Positions 26,091-51,160 of a DNA stretch of 64,000 nucleotides are shown here, one piece after another. The notes beneath the pieces are model-generated. The model made no database searches and was not told the origin of the DNA. It saw nothing but the letters and a program-made list of their open reading frames with translations. This DNA comes from Microbotryum violaceum (lineage: Eukaryota). Position numbers and translations under genes: made by a program. The stretch's first letter is position 1. Every line of letters begins with the position of its first letter. Location: positions 2,604,001 to 2,668,000 of the forward strand of contig CDLV01000004.1 of the NCBI GenBank assembly GCA_001244265.2, read 5' to 3'.

Positions 26091-27810
26091 CTACGATGTT
26101 GTCCTCGCCGGGCAGGTACCAAAGGTTGTAATCAAATTTGGCCAGGTGTCAAGCCAACGGGCTTGTTGGCAAGAGAGAACGGTACTCTGGGTCTGGAAGT
26201 GCTCAAGTGTGGAGTGATCAGTGAGGATGTGGAAGTGACCGCCAAGCAAGTTGGTTGCGCCATTTCTTGTGTGCTTCGACAATGGCAAGGAGTTCCTGCT
26301 CGTGAGTGGGGTAGTTGCGTTCAGCGGGTATGTATTGCCTGGACCAGTACACAATGGGGCGCGCCATCTTCCACTCCTGACCCTGGAGTAGGACACCACC
26401 AATTCCCTGATTGCTCGCATCAGTCATCACCCAGAACGGAACGGCATTGGCGGAGTGGTCGGACAGCCAAAGGCAGTCGAGTGGGGTGACGATGGCCTTG
26501 ATGGCATTGAAGTGGCGGACCTCGTTGGGTGTCCAGAGCGTGGCAATAGATGAGAGTCCTTGGCGTGTCAAGGGAGTCAGCGCGGTGGTGTGCTCAGCGA
26601 GGCCAGGGATGAACTTGCAAAGATACTGCACCAGCCCGAGGAAACCCCTGAGTTCCTTGACCGTCTTGGGTAGTGCCCAGTCTTCAATGCGCTGGATCAT
26701 CTTGGGATCAGCATGCACCCTGGTGTGGCTGATGATGTGGCCAAGGAACGAACACTCCGCAGTGGCAAGGTTGGTTTTGATTGGCGAGCAGTAGAGTTTG
26801 GCACGGCGCAGCACTTCCAGGACTTGGCAAACACAGGCCTTATGCTCCTCCAGTGTATCCGCAAAGATGGTGATGTCATTGAGGTAGACGAAGCAGATGG
26901 TGCCAAGCAGGCCTTGGAGCGCCTTGTTGACACGTTGTTGGTGGGTGGCAGGGGCATTGCAGAGGCCCATGGGCATGACGGTCTACTTGTACAAACCCCA
27001 AGGTGTGGACACGGCCATCTTAGGGATGTCCTCTTCCACCATCTTGGTCTGAAAGAAGGAGTTGGTCATGTTGATCTTGGCCCAGAATTGCGCATTGGAG
27101 CACATCGAGAGAATGTCATCAGGCAAGGGCAGAGGTGTGCGGTCTTTGATGGTGTGCTCGTTGAGCTTGCGGTAGTCGTTCACCCAGCGCGGGGCGATCG
27201 TGGGATCCATGTCGCAGCCCTTCTTTGGGATGATGAACAAGGGTGACGAGCATGACAACCGAGAGGGGCGGAGGCGACCGGCCGCAAGATGTTCCTGTAG
27301 CAGTAAGTGCCATGCCTCGCGATATTTCTTCGGGAGGGGGTATCCTCGAAGGTTGATGACAGTGGACGGCTTGTCAAGCTCGATGCTGTGTCGCACCGGG
27401 GATTGGTACGAGTGTACAGGCGGGATATTCGCAGGAAAACGGTCGGCAAACTCCGCTCGGAGGCAATGGTCAAGCGCGGCAAGGCAGAGCTGCTCCTCGG
27501 CGTCAAAAACCGGAGCAATTGCGGCAACCCGCGCGGCGGCGCACGGCTGGGACGACAGCGCCAGCAGGTCTATAGAGTGTACGGGGTTGGCTTTGCAGGT
27601 GAGGTGAGGCTGAGGGAAGAGGCCGAGCTCCATCTTGTGCCAATAGATGAAGTTGCCTCCCAAGATAATCTCAAGGTCCTTCCCGAGGGGCGCTACCTCC
27701 GTGTACGTTGGTCCTGCGGCCCAGAGCCCGTTGGCCAGCTCGAGCGGGACTCGAACAAAGTGCGTGCAGGTGAAGACAGTGGGAATTCGGTTTTGCATTG
27801 CAAGGGTGTA
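26091..27810 (-). mobile_element. Degenerate Ty3/Gypsy pol fragment (protease end, RT, RNase H)
   Basis: [40 protein letters not shown] (YLDD mutated), [22 protein letters not shown]; stops and frameshifts. Confidence 0.9.
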
Positions 27811-30240
27811 CTTCGAGTGCTGTTCCAGGGCGCGCTTCGCCCACACCGTTGCCCTTAGCCGCGCCCAAAGCCCGACCCGATGACGCCAACGCCGCCGACG
27901 AGGCCGACGAAGAAGCACCTCCCAAGGACGTGGAAGACGCTATGGACCAAGATGATGAGCACAACTAAGATCCCAAACATGTCTTTTGTTGCTACCAATG
28001 TGCAGTCAATCAATGAAGACCATAAGCGTGCCTCTCTTTTCTCCAATCTGCGCTCCTGTAAGGCCACCGGTACTGGGCCGATCGATTCGTCGTATTCAAA
28101 ATGGTATTGTTGACTGTGTTCGTTGTTTCAAATCGACGCACTCGATGGTTGTGGCACGGTTCCAAGTGCCGGGCACAATTGACATCGGTCCGGGCAAATT
28201 CAAGCTGGGTTTGCACGTGATCGAGGGCGACGCGACCTGCGAGTACCTCACCTCCATTGTCCGCACCCTTTACAACAAAGCCCTCCTCCAGACGCCCAAC
28301 GATCCACCAGCAGCTTGGACGTCCACCAAACACCGCCTGCTGCCCGAGCTGCAGGCTCTGGCCCGGACTTTCGCTCGGTTCCGTCGTGGCGGGTCGGAGC
28401 AAGAGAGGGCTGACCACTCGCGCTACGGCGCGGCCCTGCGGTCCCGCCTCGACCCATCTCTGGCGGGTCCCTCTTCCATCTTCATCCGCCTGCGCAAAGT
28501 GCGAGCATCCGACCTGATCCCTCCGCTCACGGTCAACGATGATGTTCATTCCGACCCTGATTCGATGCTTGGAGCGGCCAGCGACTACTTCGAGCGGGTC
28601 TATGAGGACCGCCCATCGATGACGCGGCCCTGAAGGCGATCACCGACGGCCTCGCTCCAACTCGCCTCTTCCCGCGGACTCATTCAAGCTCGAGGAAACG
28701 TACCCGTTGGAGGAGATGACAAAGGCTCAAAGAGGCGTGTAAGTCGAACTCTTTGCCAGAGCCTGACAGCCTCCCGGTTGAGTTCTATCGCGCTACGTGG
28801 CCGGCCACTGGCCCAATTCTTCGAGACGTCATCAACTCGATCCCCACCGAGGCCCGTCAGCCTGGACCTCTTCCCCGCAACACCGCCCACATCCATCTCA
28901 TCCACAAATGCGGCGAGAGGGATCAGCTCTCGAACAAACGCCCCATATCGCTTATCAATGCAGACAAGCGCATCATCTAGCAAGCCCACAACCAGCGCTT
29001 CGCTCCCTTGCTCGAGTCCCTGATCGGCCCAACCCAACGTGGCTTTGTTCCGAACCGTTGGATCGGCACGAACATCGCTGAGGTCCAATGTCTCATGGAC
29101 CCTGGACTTCCGGCTCAACACCCGTGTCTGACATGCTAGCGGTGATGGACTTTGAAAAGGCTTACGATCGTCTTTCCCACCCGTACCTTGATGCAGTCCT
29201 CTGCGCCGTTGGCCTCGGCCCCAAAGCCCGCCAATGGTACCGAGCGACCTACACCAACCAATCTGCCTCGGTCTTCCTCAACGGTTGGCTCTTTGCCACT
29301 TTCGACATCCTGTCGGGCGTTCGGCAAGGTGATCCTTTGGCTCCGTCTCTCTTCGTCCTGGCGATCGAAGGTTTTGCCTGTCAGATTCGATTGAGAGTCA
29401 AGGGCATCGATATTGCGGGCCTCCAAAACGTTCGCGAACTCCTTTTTGCCGACGACGCTTGCTGCGCACTCCACAACCTCTCGGACCTCGACCACCTCAA
29501 TCGGGCGATCGAGCTTTACGAACGGGCAAGTGCCAGCAAGCTCAGCAACGTCAAATCTTTCCTCTACCCCCTTGGAGCTTTTCGGGATCGGTCTATCGCC
29601 CCAGATCTCGGGACCTGGCGTTTCAGCGATTCGCAGTTTCGCTACCTTGGTATTCAGGTCGGGGTGGAGATCGCCGAGGATGCGGGCTGGGAAGATGTCA
29701 AGGCCTCGACCATCGCTCGGATACGCTCAATTCCGATGTACGATCTCCCATATGCAGCCAAGTGTTCGATCATCAACATCTACTGCTACACAAAGATCCT
29801 GTACTACAGCCGATTCCTCTTCGCCCCCAAGAGCATTGTCAAGGAGATCGAGGAGGCCGCCATGCTCGCCATTCACGGTCGAGCTTCGGAAGGTACTCAG
29901 CGACGTCCGAAGGTCTCCCGGTCGCGCCTCTGCACCCCTCTCGATCACGGCGGCTTTGGCTTGATTGATCGGCCTCGGCATCTAGCGATCAATCATGCGA
30001 AGTGGGTCGTAAGGTATTCGTTCTGCCTGAACAACGTTGGAATGCTTGGTGGAAGGCTTTGTGCAAGGTTTGCCGGGTTCACTCGGACACCAAGGATACT
30101 GGCCACCTTCTCTCCCTGGGGTCCTTCATCTGGGAACCCAAGTTGCCTCCCCAACCAGCCCGCACCCCAACAATCAATCTGCCTCTCGGAAGCACCCGAG
30201 TGCCTGGCCCACCTTGCGGTCGGCTGCCCATTTGCCCGGT
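27810..30240 (+). mobile_element. Degenerate L1/Tx1-like LINE (end of ORF1, ORF2 with APE start, RT, zf-RVT), internally deleted
   Basis: ORF1 stop at 27968, ORF2 ATG 27979 (ATNVQSIN); KRPISLINAD, DFEKAYDRL, GVRQGDPLAP, LLFADD, FRYLGI; C-terminal CLSEAPECLAHLAVGCPFA. Confidence 0.9.
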
Positions 30241-30427
30241 TGTAAGGCCCGTGCGCCTGGGCACTCTTAGTCTCTCCTCAGCGACTAACGTAGAGTGTCC
30301 AGGTGTGTATCAAAAGGCATTGTCATAGTAGCGACTAACGTAGAGTGTCCAGTGTCAATCCTACATACTTTGGTCCTGTGATCTTATCGTTGTCGCTCCG
30401 GTGTGCACTCCTACGGGGTGTATTACA
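30241..30427 (+). repeat. LTR copy of the chromovirus family ending at 50429, starting at its internal TGTAAGG
   Basis: TGTAAGGCCCGTGCGCCTGGGC...GGGGTGTATTACA aligns to 50266-50429 and to the reverse complement of 36119-36340; flanks CCGGT/CATGG do not match. Confidence 0.85.
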
Positions 30428-31165
30428 CATGGCTCGCTTAGAGTAGCTCGGGGTAAGTGCTCCCAGAGTACGGTTGCGCCAAAGTGTTAAGGAGGTCCAT
30501 AGTGCAACTCGGGCGACCGTGAGAGTGGAGACCCCGGAGGGTGTCCCACATCTCGTACCTGAGGTAAGATGAATCAAGTGAGACATCTGTTCCTCAGAGA
30601 TCGAATTGGCGATGTACTTGCATGCCAAATCGTTGCGGCGGATGGCCTGTTCGCGATATTCCGCGACCTTGTCCGCAACTTGAACGCTGGTGAGCCTGGG
30701 CGAGGCGTCCGAGTGCGCAGAACCAGAGCCCCCCCCCCCCCCCCAAGCCCGCTAAAGCCGGAGGAAGCTGGTTCAACTGGGGCGACGGACGCAGTTGCAT
30801 GTGGAATAACGAGCGTGGACCGATAGTCCGCGACAAGGGAGTCGATGGATTGATTGACGACATCCCTTACTTTGTTGGTTCGAAGATTGATAAACGCACA
30901 TTGTGACCAGCTCTTGTACCCTTGTGTGTCCTTGAGATACAAGCGACTGCCCGACCCGTTGGGGAAGTCGGATTCGCCCGTTGAGCTCATAACCTGTTGC
31001 AACAAGGGCTAAGAGGTACTCCACAACTCAGCTCCGAGATACACGAGTAAGATGATTAGAATAGCGTGGAGAAGGAACCCAGAAGGAAAAAAGACACAAA
31101 GACAAAGATAGGCGCGCGCGCAGAATAAAGTATTAACCAAGACTAATAGCAATGAGTTAGGCTCT
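30428..31165 (-). mobile_element. 5' remnant of a Copia element (LTR part, PBS, start of gag)
   Basis: Minus strand ..TGCAACA then PBS GGTTATGAGCTC (30983-30994), followed by gag-like LKDTQGYKSWS; outer LTR boundary uncertain. Confidence 0.65.
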
Positions 31166-31179
31166 CAGACCCCACTTCT

Positions 31180-32030
31180 GCCATTCGAATTTCTTGTCTA
31201 TCGACATACTGTCCAGCTCGAGCGCACGGGGACGGGATAAAGGTGTCTGATCAACCCCATCAGCAAAATGGCCACGCGCGCAAACCCACTTAAGGATTTG
31301 CCCGAGCGCTTAATGGTGCATAAGGACGCATACGCGCATAAGAGCGCTTACAGACCGCTTTGCGTATGCAAACAAAGTGCGACCTAAGTGTTCCTTATCT
31401 AGGGTACACTTAACGCGCGCGCAGCTTAACGAGTGGTTAAGGGCGCTTAAGAACAGCTTTAGGCCGCTTGACGACTGCTTTACGAGGTTTTGCGCGCTTA
31501 CGCGCGTTTGGCCATTTTGCTGATGCCGGAGCTGTTCCTCGTGGTCGCCGGCAGGAGAAGCTCACGTGGGAGCGCAATAGTCTTCTGTTTCGTTCGCCGA
31601 CCCGTCTCCAACTCCGAAGAGCCAATTTGTAAAGTCCTGTGTGTTTGCCCATTCCGTTTCGGCCATGCGGTCTGCAGCGACCAGAAAACACATGTTTGTC
31701 TGCGCTTGCACCGTGCCGCTGTTAGTATAGGGTCTAAAAGTCAGGCAAGGACTGCTACTTACAGAGAGATGACGCACCTCAACTTCCCCCCAGAAGTCAG
31801 CATTCCATGATGCAAGCGTTGACGATTTGTACAGGCAATGACTTGGGAATAACGGGAAGGCATTGCTTCGGATCCCCTGTGATGTTGCAGTCCAACCGGC
31901 CAATTAGCCATGCTGCTTTGCGCTTTGCTTTTGAAAGCTTGGCACACACCTGCCAACACAATCGTCACTCCACCGAACCGAGCCGTTGAGGATCTACCAC
32001 GGGATGCAGTGGTGAGCCGCAGTTCACGAA
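31180..32030 (-). mobile_element. Helitron PIF1-helicase fragment, paralog of 59250-59800, interrupted by a MITE
   Basis: Reverse complement aligns with 59250-59800 ([31 protein letters not shown] motifs). Confidence 0.8.
31258..31525. mobile_element. Non-autonomous TIR element (MITE), copy 1; CMC/EnSpm-like by 2-bp TSD
   Basis: 17-bp TIR CATCAGCAAAATGGCCA / TGGCCATTTTGCTGATG; TSD CC; internal GCGCTTA(A/C) motifs. Confidence 0.9.
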
Positions 32031-32036
32031 GCCTGT

Positions 32037-33273
32037 TGTCTGTTCAGCTTTGGTGGTAAGAGTTCCACACTCATTGTTCAAGCGCGCATCCGTGCATTCT
32101 AGTCCTGACTCAGCGTCAGCCGATCCCAGCCTCTCAGAAGCGCTCAGCGTCCTAGGTCTCTCTGTGAGTTCCTCAGAGCCCTCAGCCTCTCTGCGAGTGC
32201 CTCGCATCCGCGCCGCTTACTCTCCTCGGTTCCGCACCATCGACACGTTCTGGGACCAGCTCGCTGCTCCAGCACTACCACCCTCTGCCAAGGGTCAGTT
32301 GGTCCTCCAACATTGGATCCTCATCCCGTCGCTCACTCAGCAGTATCCTCCAACTCTCCTAAAAGCCGCTTGCATGCGTGAGCTATTTTTAGGCAAAGTC
32401 GAGTCAGAGTTGCAGCAAAACCGGGTAGACTGGGTTGTAACTAACAAGCACAGTCTGTGTTTTTTTATATATATTTTAGGAAAAAAAGAGTGGATAGGTG
32501 AACAAGGGAAGGCGGGCGGGAAGCTCAAAACAGAGGTCTTTGCGAGGTGTAGCAAAGATTGTATTTAGTGACATGGGCTTTGCGTAGCGTGATAGCGTAC
32601 CTTTGCGAGGCGTAGCACAAGTGTCAATGAGAATTGAAGCACTTAGTGCGGTCTCGGCGGAGGTAGCTTATAGAATGCTAGGTGTCAGCTTGGATCATCC
32701 AACTAGGGCGTTCCAGTAGGAAGGGCAGTTTCGTACAAAAGTTTGTGCGGAGACTGCTGTGATGCAAGTGAACAATGAGTACGTTGTGCAACTAGCCGAG
32801 CGTAATCTGGACACTTACCTCGACTCGGAGCGCGTGGCAGGGCCTGCGGGTGTCGAGGGTTTTCTGGAGGCAGCAGCTGCTGTAAATCCTGTGCGAGGGG
32901 GGCTTCGCGTCAGCAACGGATTGCTTGGATGAGGATCCTAAGATGGTGGCTAACTGACCCTGGGCAGAGGGTGGCAGTGCTGGAGCAGCGGGCTGGCAAC
33001 AGAAAGCGTCGATGGTGCGGAACCAAGGAGGAGTAAGCGGCACGGACGCAAATACACTTGAGGGGTGGAAAAACTCTGAGGACTCACGGAGAGACCTAGG
33101 GATGCTGAGCGCTCCAGAGAGGCTAGGAAAGTACGCTGAGCCGCTCGCGGGGAGGGCTAGGCTCTGAGCACTCCGGGGAGGCTAGGAAAGCTGACGCTGA
33201 GTCAGGGACTGGATGCACGGATGCGCGCTTGAACATTGAATGTGGAACTCTTACCGCTAAAGCTCAACAGACA
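32037..33273. repeat. Diverged inverted repeat, arms about 32037-32326 and 32927-33273
   Basis: For example GTTCAAGCGCGCATCCGTGCAT vs ATGCACGGATGCGCGCTTGAAC, and GGTTCCGCACCATCGAC vs GTCGATGGTGCGGAACC. Confidence 0.85.
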
Positions 33274-36200
33274 TCATCAAGGAACATGTCGTTGCCTCCC
33301 CTAGAAAAGGATAATCCGATCCCGTGCTTGCTCAAGCGAACGGTCGATGCGGCGCTTTCTGCCGACATCCTAACGGAGGATGCGTGCAGGGATCTTATCA
33401 CTAAGCTCTCTCTTGAGGCGGGTTCGACCAGGAACCACCTCTCTGGGGACATCGAACTGGTCTTTTGGCTTGGGCAGTTGCGAGCCATCCCGACGGATAC
33501 TCCGCTAGCCATCGATAACCTCAGCGAGCTCCACCCTGTCATTGCTCATGCCCTGGTTTCCGGAGACGTCGAAGGCTTCTTCGAAGCAAACAGCTCTCGA
33601 TACTGGACGAACGAGAGCTGTTACCGCAAGCCCGCGACTTTGGTGGCACTTACGACCCCCAATGCCCCTCTCGCGGAGGGCGCCTTCCACGTCGCGCAGG
33701 CTGCGCCTGCGGCCGCTGCGGTTCCCGGGCCCCCTAGTATTGTGACGATAGAAGGTGTGGGCGAAGTTCCCTCTTACCATCTCAACGCTCTTCCTTGGGG
33801 AACGGACGGGATCGTCATCATGGAAAAGTATCTTTTCGTGTTTTCCACGCAATTTGACACCAGTCAGTTCCCAGTCGGCTGTCTTGCTCAACTCGTAACC
33901 TCTCCCAGAGGAATGCTCGTCTCTACCCAAGACGCCATCGACAATGAAGAGCAGAACTGGGCAGACGTCGATCCGAGAGGATGGAGCAACTCACGCGTCT
34001 CGCCGGGTCCCCAGCTCCAGCTCTAGCTCCGGCTCGCCCGCCCATCCACCGAGCGCAAACAGCGCCATTGCAAGCCCACTTGGCACCCCCAACGCAACAG
34101 TACCCTTCAGTGTACCAGCCCACGTCCCCCGCTATCCATGTACCCACTGCAGAGCCCGCCAATGACGAGGACCACCGCTACCGCCTTGAACGCCTCAATG
34201 CAGCTCGTGCGGTGCCGGCCTACTCCGCGGATCCCAAAGTGATTGGACGACTCAGCCAAGAAGCGTCTTGGGATAAGGCGCGCACGCTCCCACGCAATGA
34301 TCTGACTTGTCTCAAGACGGCGGCAGCATCATCAGGCTTAAGCTCCAGCTCCAAGGCGAGAGATTAAGATGGATGTGATTGAAGTCATGAAGATCATGTG
34401 TGGCGCCTACGTAGACGTTTGCAACATAATACACCCCCAAGAGGCTGAACTCTTTGACTCCTACACTGACGAGAATGGCATCAAATTCATGGGCATCCAA
34501 GCGCGAGCCCAGCGAAAGGCCAGCAAGGTCAAGACTCCGTTACCAACTTCCCCGAGTATCTCTGCGCTCTGAAAGAAATTCAAGCGGTCGAAAACAAGGT
34601 TTTTGGCACGTGGGTGGGAGCGGATTGGTCTCATTTTGATGAGCGTTTTCGGACCCTGCGCTCGGAACCAAGCGCTACGGTCACCTCTCTCCTTGAGGCC
34701 AACGCCAGCCACTCAGTCTACGTAAACTTCATTATCAAGGTAGCGACCCTCGCGAGCCAATCGTCAACCCAACCCGCGCTCGAGGAGCGGACATTTCGCA
34801 AGCACCACCTGCCAAGCGCTTCTGGCCTGGCAAAGAAGAGATCAACGCTCTCAAAGATCGGTTGGATCTGCATGCGTTTCAACAGAGGGCAGGCGCACCC
34901 GGTTGAGACGTGCAGAGTGGAGCATATTTGCTGGGACTGCGAGACCGAGGGACACCAATCTGGTGATCACATCTGTCTGAATCTCGAGGCCGGGATTGGC
35001 GGCCGACTTGCACGAATGGCAGCGAAGTCCTCAGCTCGTTCTGCCGCTCGGAAGTAGATTCCTCGACGACGGCAACAGCTCGGAAGACCAGGTCCCCCTG
35101 TCAACGCACACCCTCCCCCCTCTCTCCTCGCTGGCATCGGGCCCGCACCCCGCATACAGCACCAATTCCACTTCGAGACTCCCACTTCAGACCCTCCCTC
35201 TACCCCACTTCTCACTTCCTCCGCGACCGGCCGGGCAGGGCCGCTCACGCGCGCGACCTTCACCCCCACGCAACTTCATTCTATCCAGCGTGCACAACGT
35301 ATGTACCCATCACAATTCAATTTTGTCCGTACAATCAAGGACAACTCGTTCGAGACATTACTTTGCTCACATCCCGACCAGGACCTTGTCCGGTCTTTCG
35401 GTCTCGGATTTTGTTCGGAGGGGTTTGAACCAGAGCAAGATGGCAGCGTGGCCTCTGGGGACAACCCATCGACGATAAACTTCCCTCGCTCGAAAACTCA
35501 CCGAAGCTTCATTCAATCAACCATCGATGAAGAAGTTGGCAAGGGCTGGCTATCAGCGGGAATGTCTTTCCCCATCCCCGGCGCGACATACAGTTCCGTC
35601 TTTGTTGTAGAGTCAACCAATCACCGGATGCGCGTCGTCACCGACCACACAAGATTGGGCCTCAACAACGGGATCTCTCGGGCAGCTTGTCCCACGGTCT
35701 ACGACACGATCATCAATTTCATTCGACTGCTTCGGTGGCACCGCTTTGCCTCCAAATTGCTGACACCCGATTCAGTGCTGTGGAACTCGACATCTCCTCT
35801 GTTTTCAAAGTCCTTGTCATGTCAAAGAACTGGCAGGCTCGCCAAGGGATTGCAATCAAGAGGCGGTTGCCGGACGGTGAACTCGTCATGTGGTATCACA
35901 TCGAGTGGCACGGCGTATTTGGTTGCCGGGCTATGCCCTATCTCTGGACCCGCTTCATGTCGCTCGTAGTTTGGATGGCTCGGCAGTCCTACAGCATCGA
36001 GTACCCTCTGGCCTACATGGACGTATCCGGTACACTTGTCCCCTTCGTTCACGGCGGCGTCCAACACATGATACCCTCGCAGCAGGCGCAGATGGCGGAC
36101 CTGTGGCAATCACTCGGCTGTAATACACCCCGTAGGAGTGCACACTGGAGCGACAACAATAAGATCACAGGACCAAAGTATGTAGGATTGACACTGGACA

Positions 36201-36530
36201 CTCTACGTTAGTTGCTGTTATAACAATGCCTTCTGATACACTTGGGCTCACCTGGACACTCTACATCAGTCGCTGAGGAGAGACCAAGAGTGCCCAGGCG
36301 CGCGTCTCTTCTCCTAAGGGTCAGGCGCACGGGCCTTACACTCTCCACCACCTATTCCAAACCCTCTCTCATCCTTACATCGGCCTCCCCTTCAAACTCT
36401 CACCGGGCAAAGCTCCCTTTGGCCAACGGGTAACCATCACGGGGATCGATTACGACTTAGATGACTTTTCCATCTCACTCACACCCAAGGCTATTGACGA
36501 CCTTGCGACCGCAATTCAGGCCTTTCAACT
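33229..36530 (+). mobile_element. Degenerate DIRS/Ngaro-like (tyrosine-recombinase class) retrotransposon: gag-like ORF plus RT; YR gene not seen
   Basis: Gag C-terminal ICMRFNRG..CRVEHICWDC..H; RT-like HPDQDLVRS..GF, IDEEVGKGW, RVVTDH, DISSVF, FGCRAMP..W, YMD; RT continues after the LTR insertion (LPFKLSPGKAPFGQRVTITGIDYDL, 36385-36530). Confidence 0.7.
36119..36379 (-). mobile_element. Solo LTR (261 bp) of the chromovirus family, inserted in the DIRS-like RT
   Basis: TG..CA termini; perfect 5-bp TSD TCGGC (36114-36118, 36380-36384); homologous to 50226-50429. Confidence 0.92.
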
Positions 36531-36721
36531 CCATTGTAAGAGCGCAATGCGAACCGAAATAGCTGGGATGGAGTCGGATTTGCAGCATAAGAACCAGGCA
36601 TCCCGTAACAAACGGGATGGGTTGAAAATCTACCCACGAGAGACCATAGATAAGAAAGTAAAGGAAGAAATAGACCAACAAGGCTGTTTTTGTATTTGTT
36701 TATTTTGTAGGGTGGGTGGGA

Positions 36722-37020
36722 CATCAGCAAAATGGCCAAGGGTGCGAACCCGCTTAAGGATTCGCCCGAGATTACGCGCGCTTAACGGTGCATAAGATGT
36801 GCATAAGGACGCATACGCGCATAAGAGCGCTTACGAACCGCTTTGCGTATGCAAACAAAGCGCGCAGCAAGCGCGCCGTAAGTGCGCCGTAAGAGTCCCT
36901 TATCTAGGGTACACTTAAGCGACACTTAACGCGCGCGCGGCTTAACGAGTGGTTAAGGGCGCTTAACGACTGCTTTACGAGGTTTCGCGCGCTTACGTGC
37001 GTTTGGCTATTTTGCTGATG
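36722..37020. mobile_element. MITE copy 2 (same family as 31258-31525)
   Basis: TIR CATCAGCAAAATGGCCA / TGGCTATTTTGCTGATG; TSD GA; internal sequence collinear with copy 1 apart from small indels. Confidence 0.9.
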
Positions 37021-37944
37021 GAGGAGACAAAGATAGAACAACTATGCTTGTAAAGCGCGATTCTATTAGTACTCGGAATTCTGCAAAGACTCTGAGGACT
37101 ATGGCATACCTATGCTTGTAAAGCGTGTCGCTTGGAGACAAGAAGACAGCAAAAGGAAACAGACCTCGGACGCTGGCACGTCGAGGTTGGGTTTGTGTAG
37201 CAAGGTAGCCAAGTCAGTCAACGTGTCCAACAAGGACAGTCGAGAGTAGGAGTACCCTAAGGTAGAGCCTGAAGGTGGGTGATGTACCTCGGCTCTTTGA
37301 GCGAGACGCAGTCGAACCCGAAAGAGGCGCAGCACTGGCAGGTGCGGGCGGACGGCTGCATACAAAGTATGGAGCGTCAGTCAACCATCCAACAAGGAGT
37401 GTTGAAAAAGAGAGGCGTACACAGTGGCAGCTGTTCGCCGTCAACTGGTAAGGCAGAAGCTGTACGGTATTGCTGGGGGGGTCCTGTGAGAAGCTCGGAA
37501 CCTGTCAGCCAATTGGCGGCAGGAAGAGTTTAAGGAAGGCCACTGACCTTGGCAGGAGGTGGCAGAGGTACACAGCAATACTGGTACGGCAACGGCAAGC
37601 AGTGGGAACTGAAAGGTGCGGCAGGAGCTGGCTTGGTAAACTCTTGCGCAAGTGCGGCTTACAGACCAAGGCTTGAGGCAAGCGTGCGGCGCACGGCTTA
37701 TTGCAAGAGGGGCAGGCGTGCGGGCACGGCTTACTGCAAGGAGGGTAGAGGTCGCGCGCGCGTGAGTCTTTGGCGTCAAACTCTTGCAGCAAAAGCAGAA
37801 AAGACCATCAACTCTCCAAAGCCGCTTGCACAGTGATTTTTAGCGAGAGAGGTGATGTCATGTTGCAGCGGGGCTCGAGAAACCGAAAGGGACCGTGTTG
37901 TAACTAACAACTCGGTCACTATTGAAATGTATCAAAGTAAGAAA

Positions 37945-50429
<12,485 letters not shown>

Positions 50430-51160
50430 TACCTCGCGTTCGACCATGGGCTACGCATTGATCTACTCAGGAGCTGCCATCGCTTGGTGCTCAAAGCGCG
50501 AGCACCGAGTCGCCAAGTCTACCACCGATGCCAAATACCTCTCCCTATCGTATGCAAGTGGTGACTCCATCCACCTCAGCAAGGTTCTGGCCGAGCTCGG
50601 TCACTGGCCGAACTCGGTCATCCCGTCCCGGGCCCTGTCATCATCTACGGCAACAACAAAGGATCTCTTGCCCTTGCTCAGCACCCAACCAAACACCAAG
50701 GGTCTCGTCATGTGCGCATCTCCGAGCATTACGTCCGCAAACGCATCGCCGAGAAGGAGATCGACGTCGTTTACATTGCCACCGCGGACATGTGTGCCAA
50801 CATCTTCACCAAGGCCTTGGGTCCCAAACCGTTCCTCTTCCATCGGGAAAACTTGGGTTTACGGGGTACAGTGGTATGACAGCACGGGGGGGTGTCAAAA
50901 GGGTACTACTGTTTCCTCCCACTCAGAATAGATTAGTATCTAGTTGTTGATATTAGCCGCGCACCTCTAGCCTCCCTAGTGCGTGCGCACTTGGCTCTTC
51001 TCTCTCTTCTCCAACTATCTTTACTACCATCTTTGGCTCTCGTACGTACCTACCTTGTGCCTCGGGCCTCAGGTTAGTCTTGCAATATACCTGAACTATC
51101 TTTACTACCATCTTTGGCTCTTGTACTTACGTACCTCGTGCCTCGGGCCTCAGATGTGCT
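50430..51160 (+). mobile_element. Copia 3' remnant (RNase H, PPT, LTR from 50893 with ~58-bp internal duplication)
   Basis: [31 protein letters not shown] then TGTCAAAA; AACTATCTTTACTACCATCTTTGGCTCT repeated at ~51013 and ~51094. Confidence 0.8.

Noticed and set aside
30428..30450. TGGCTCGCTTAGAG as a PBS or tRNA fragment after the LTR at 30241
   Set aside because: No cloverleaf; better explained as minus-strand Copia gag cut by the LTR.
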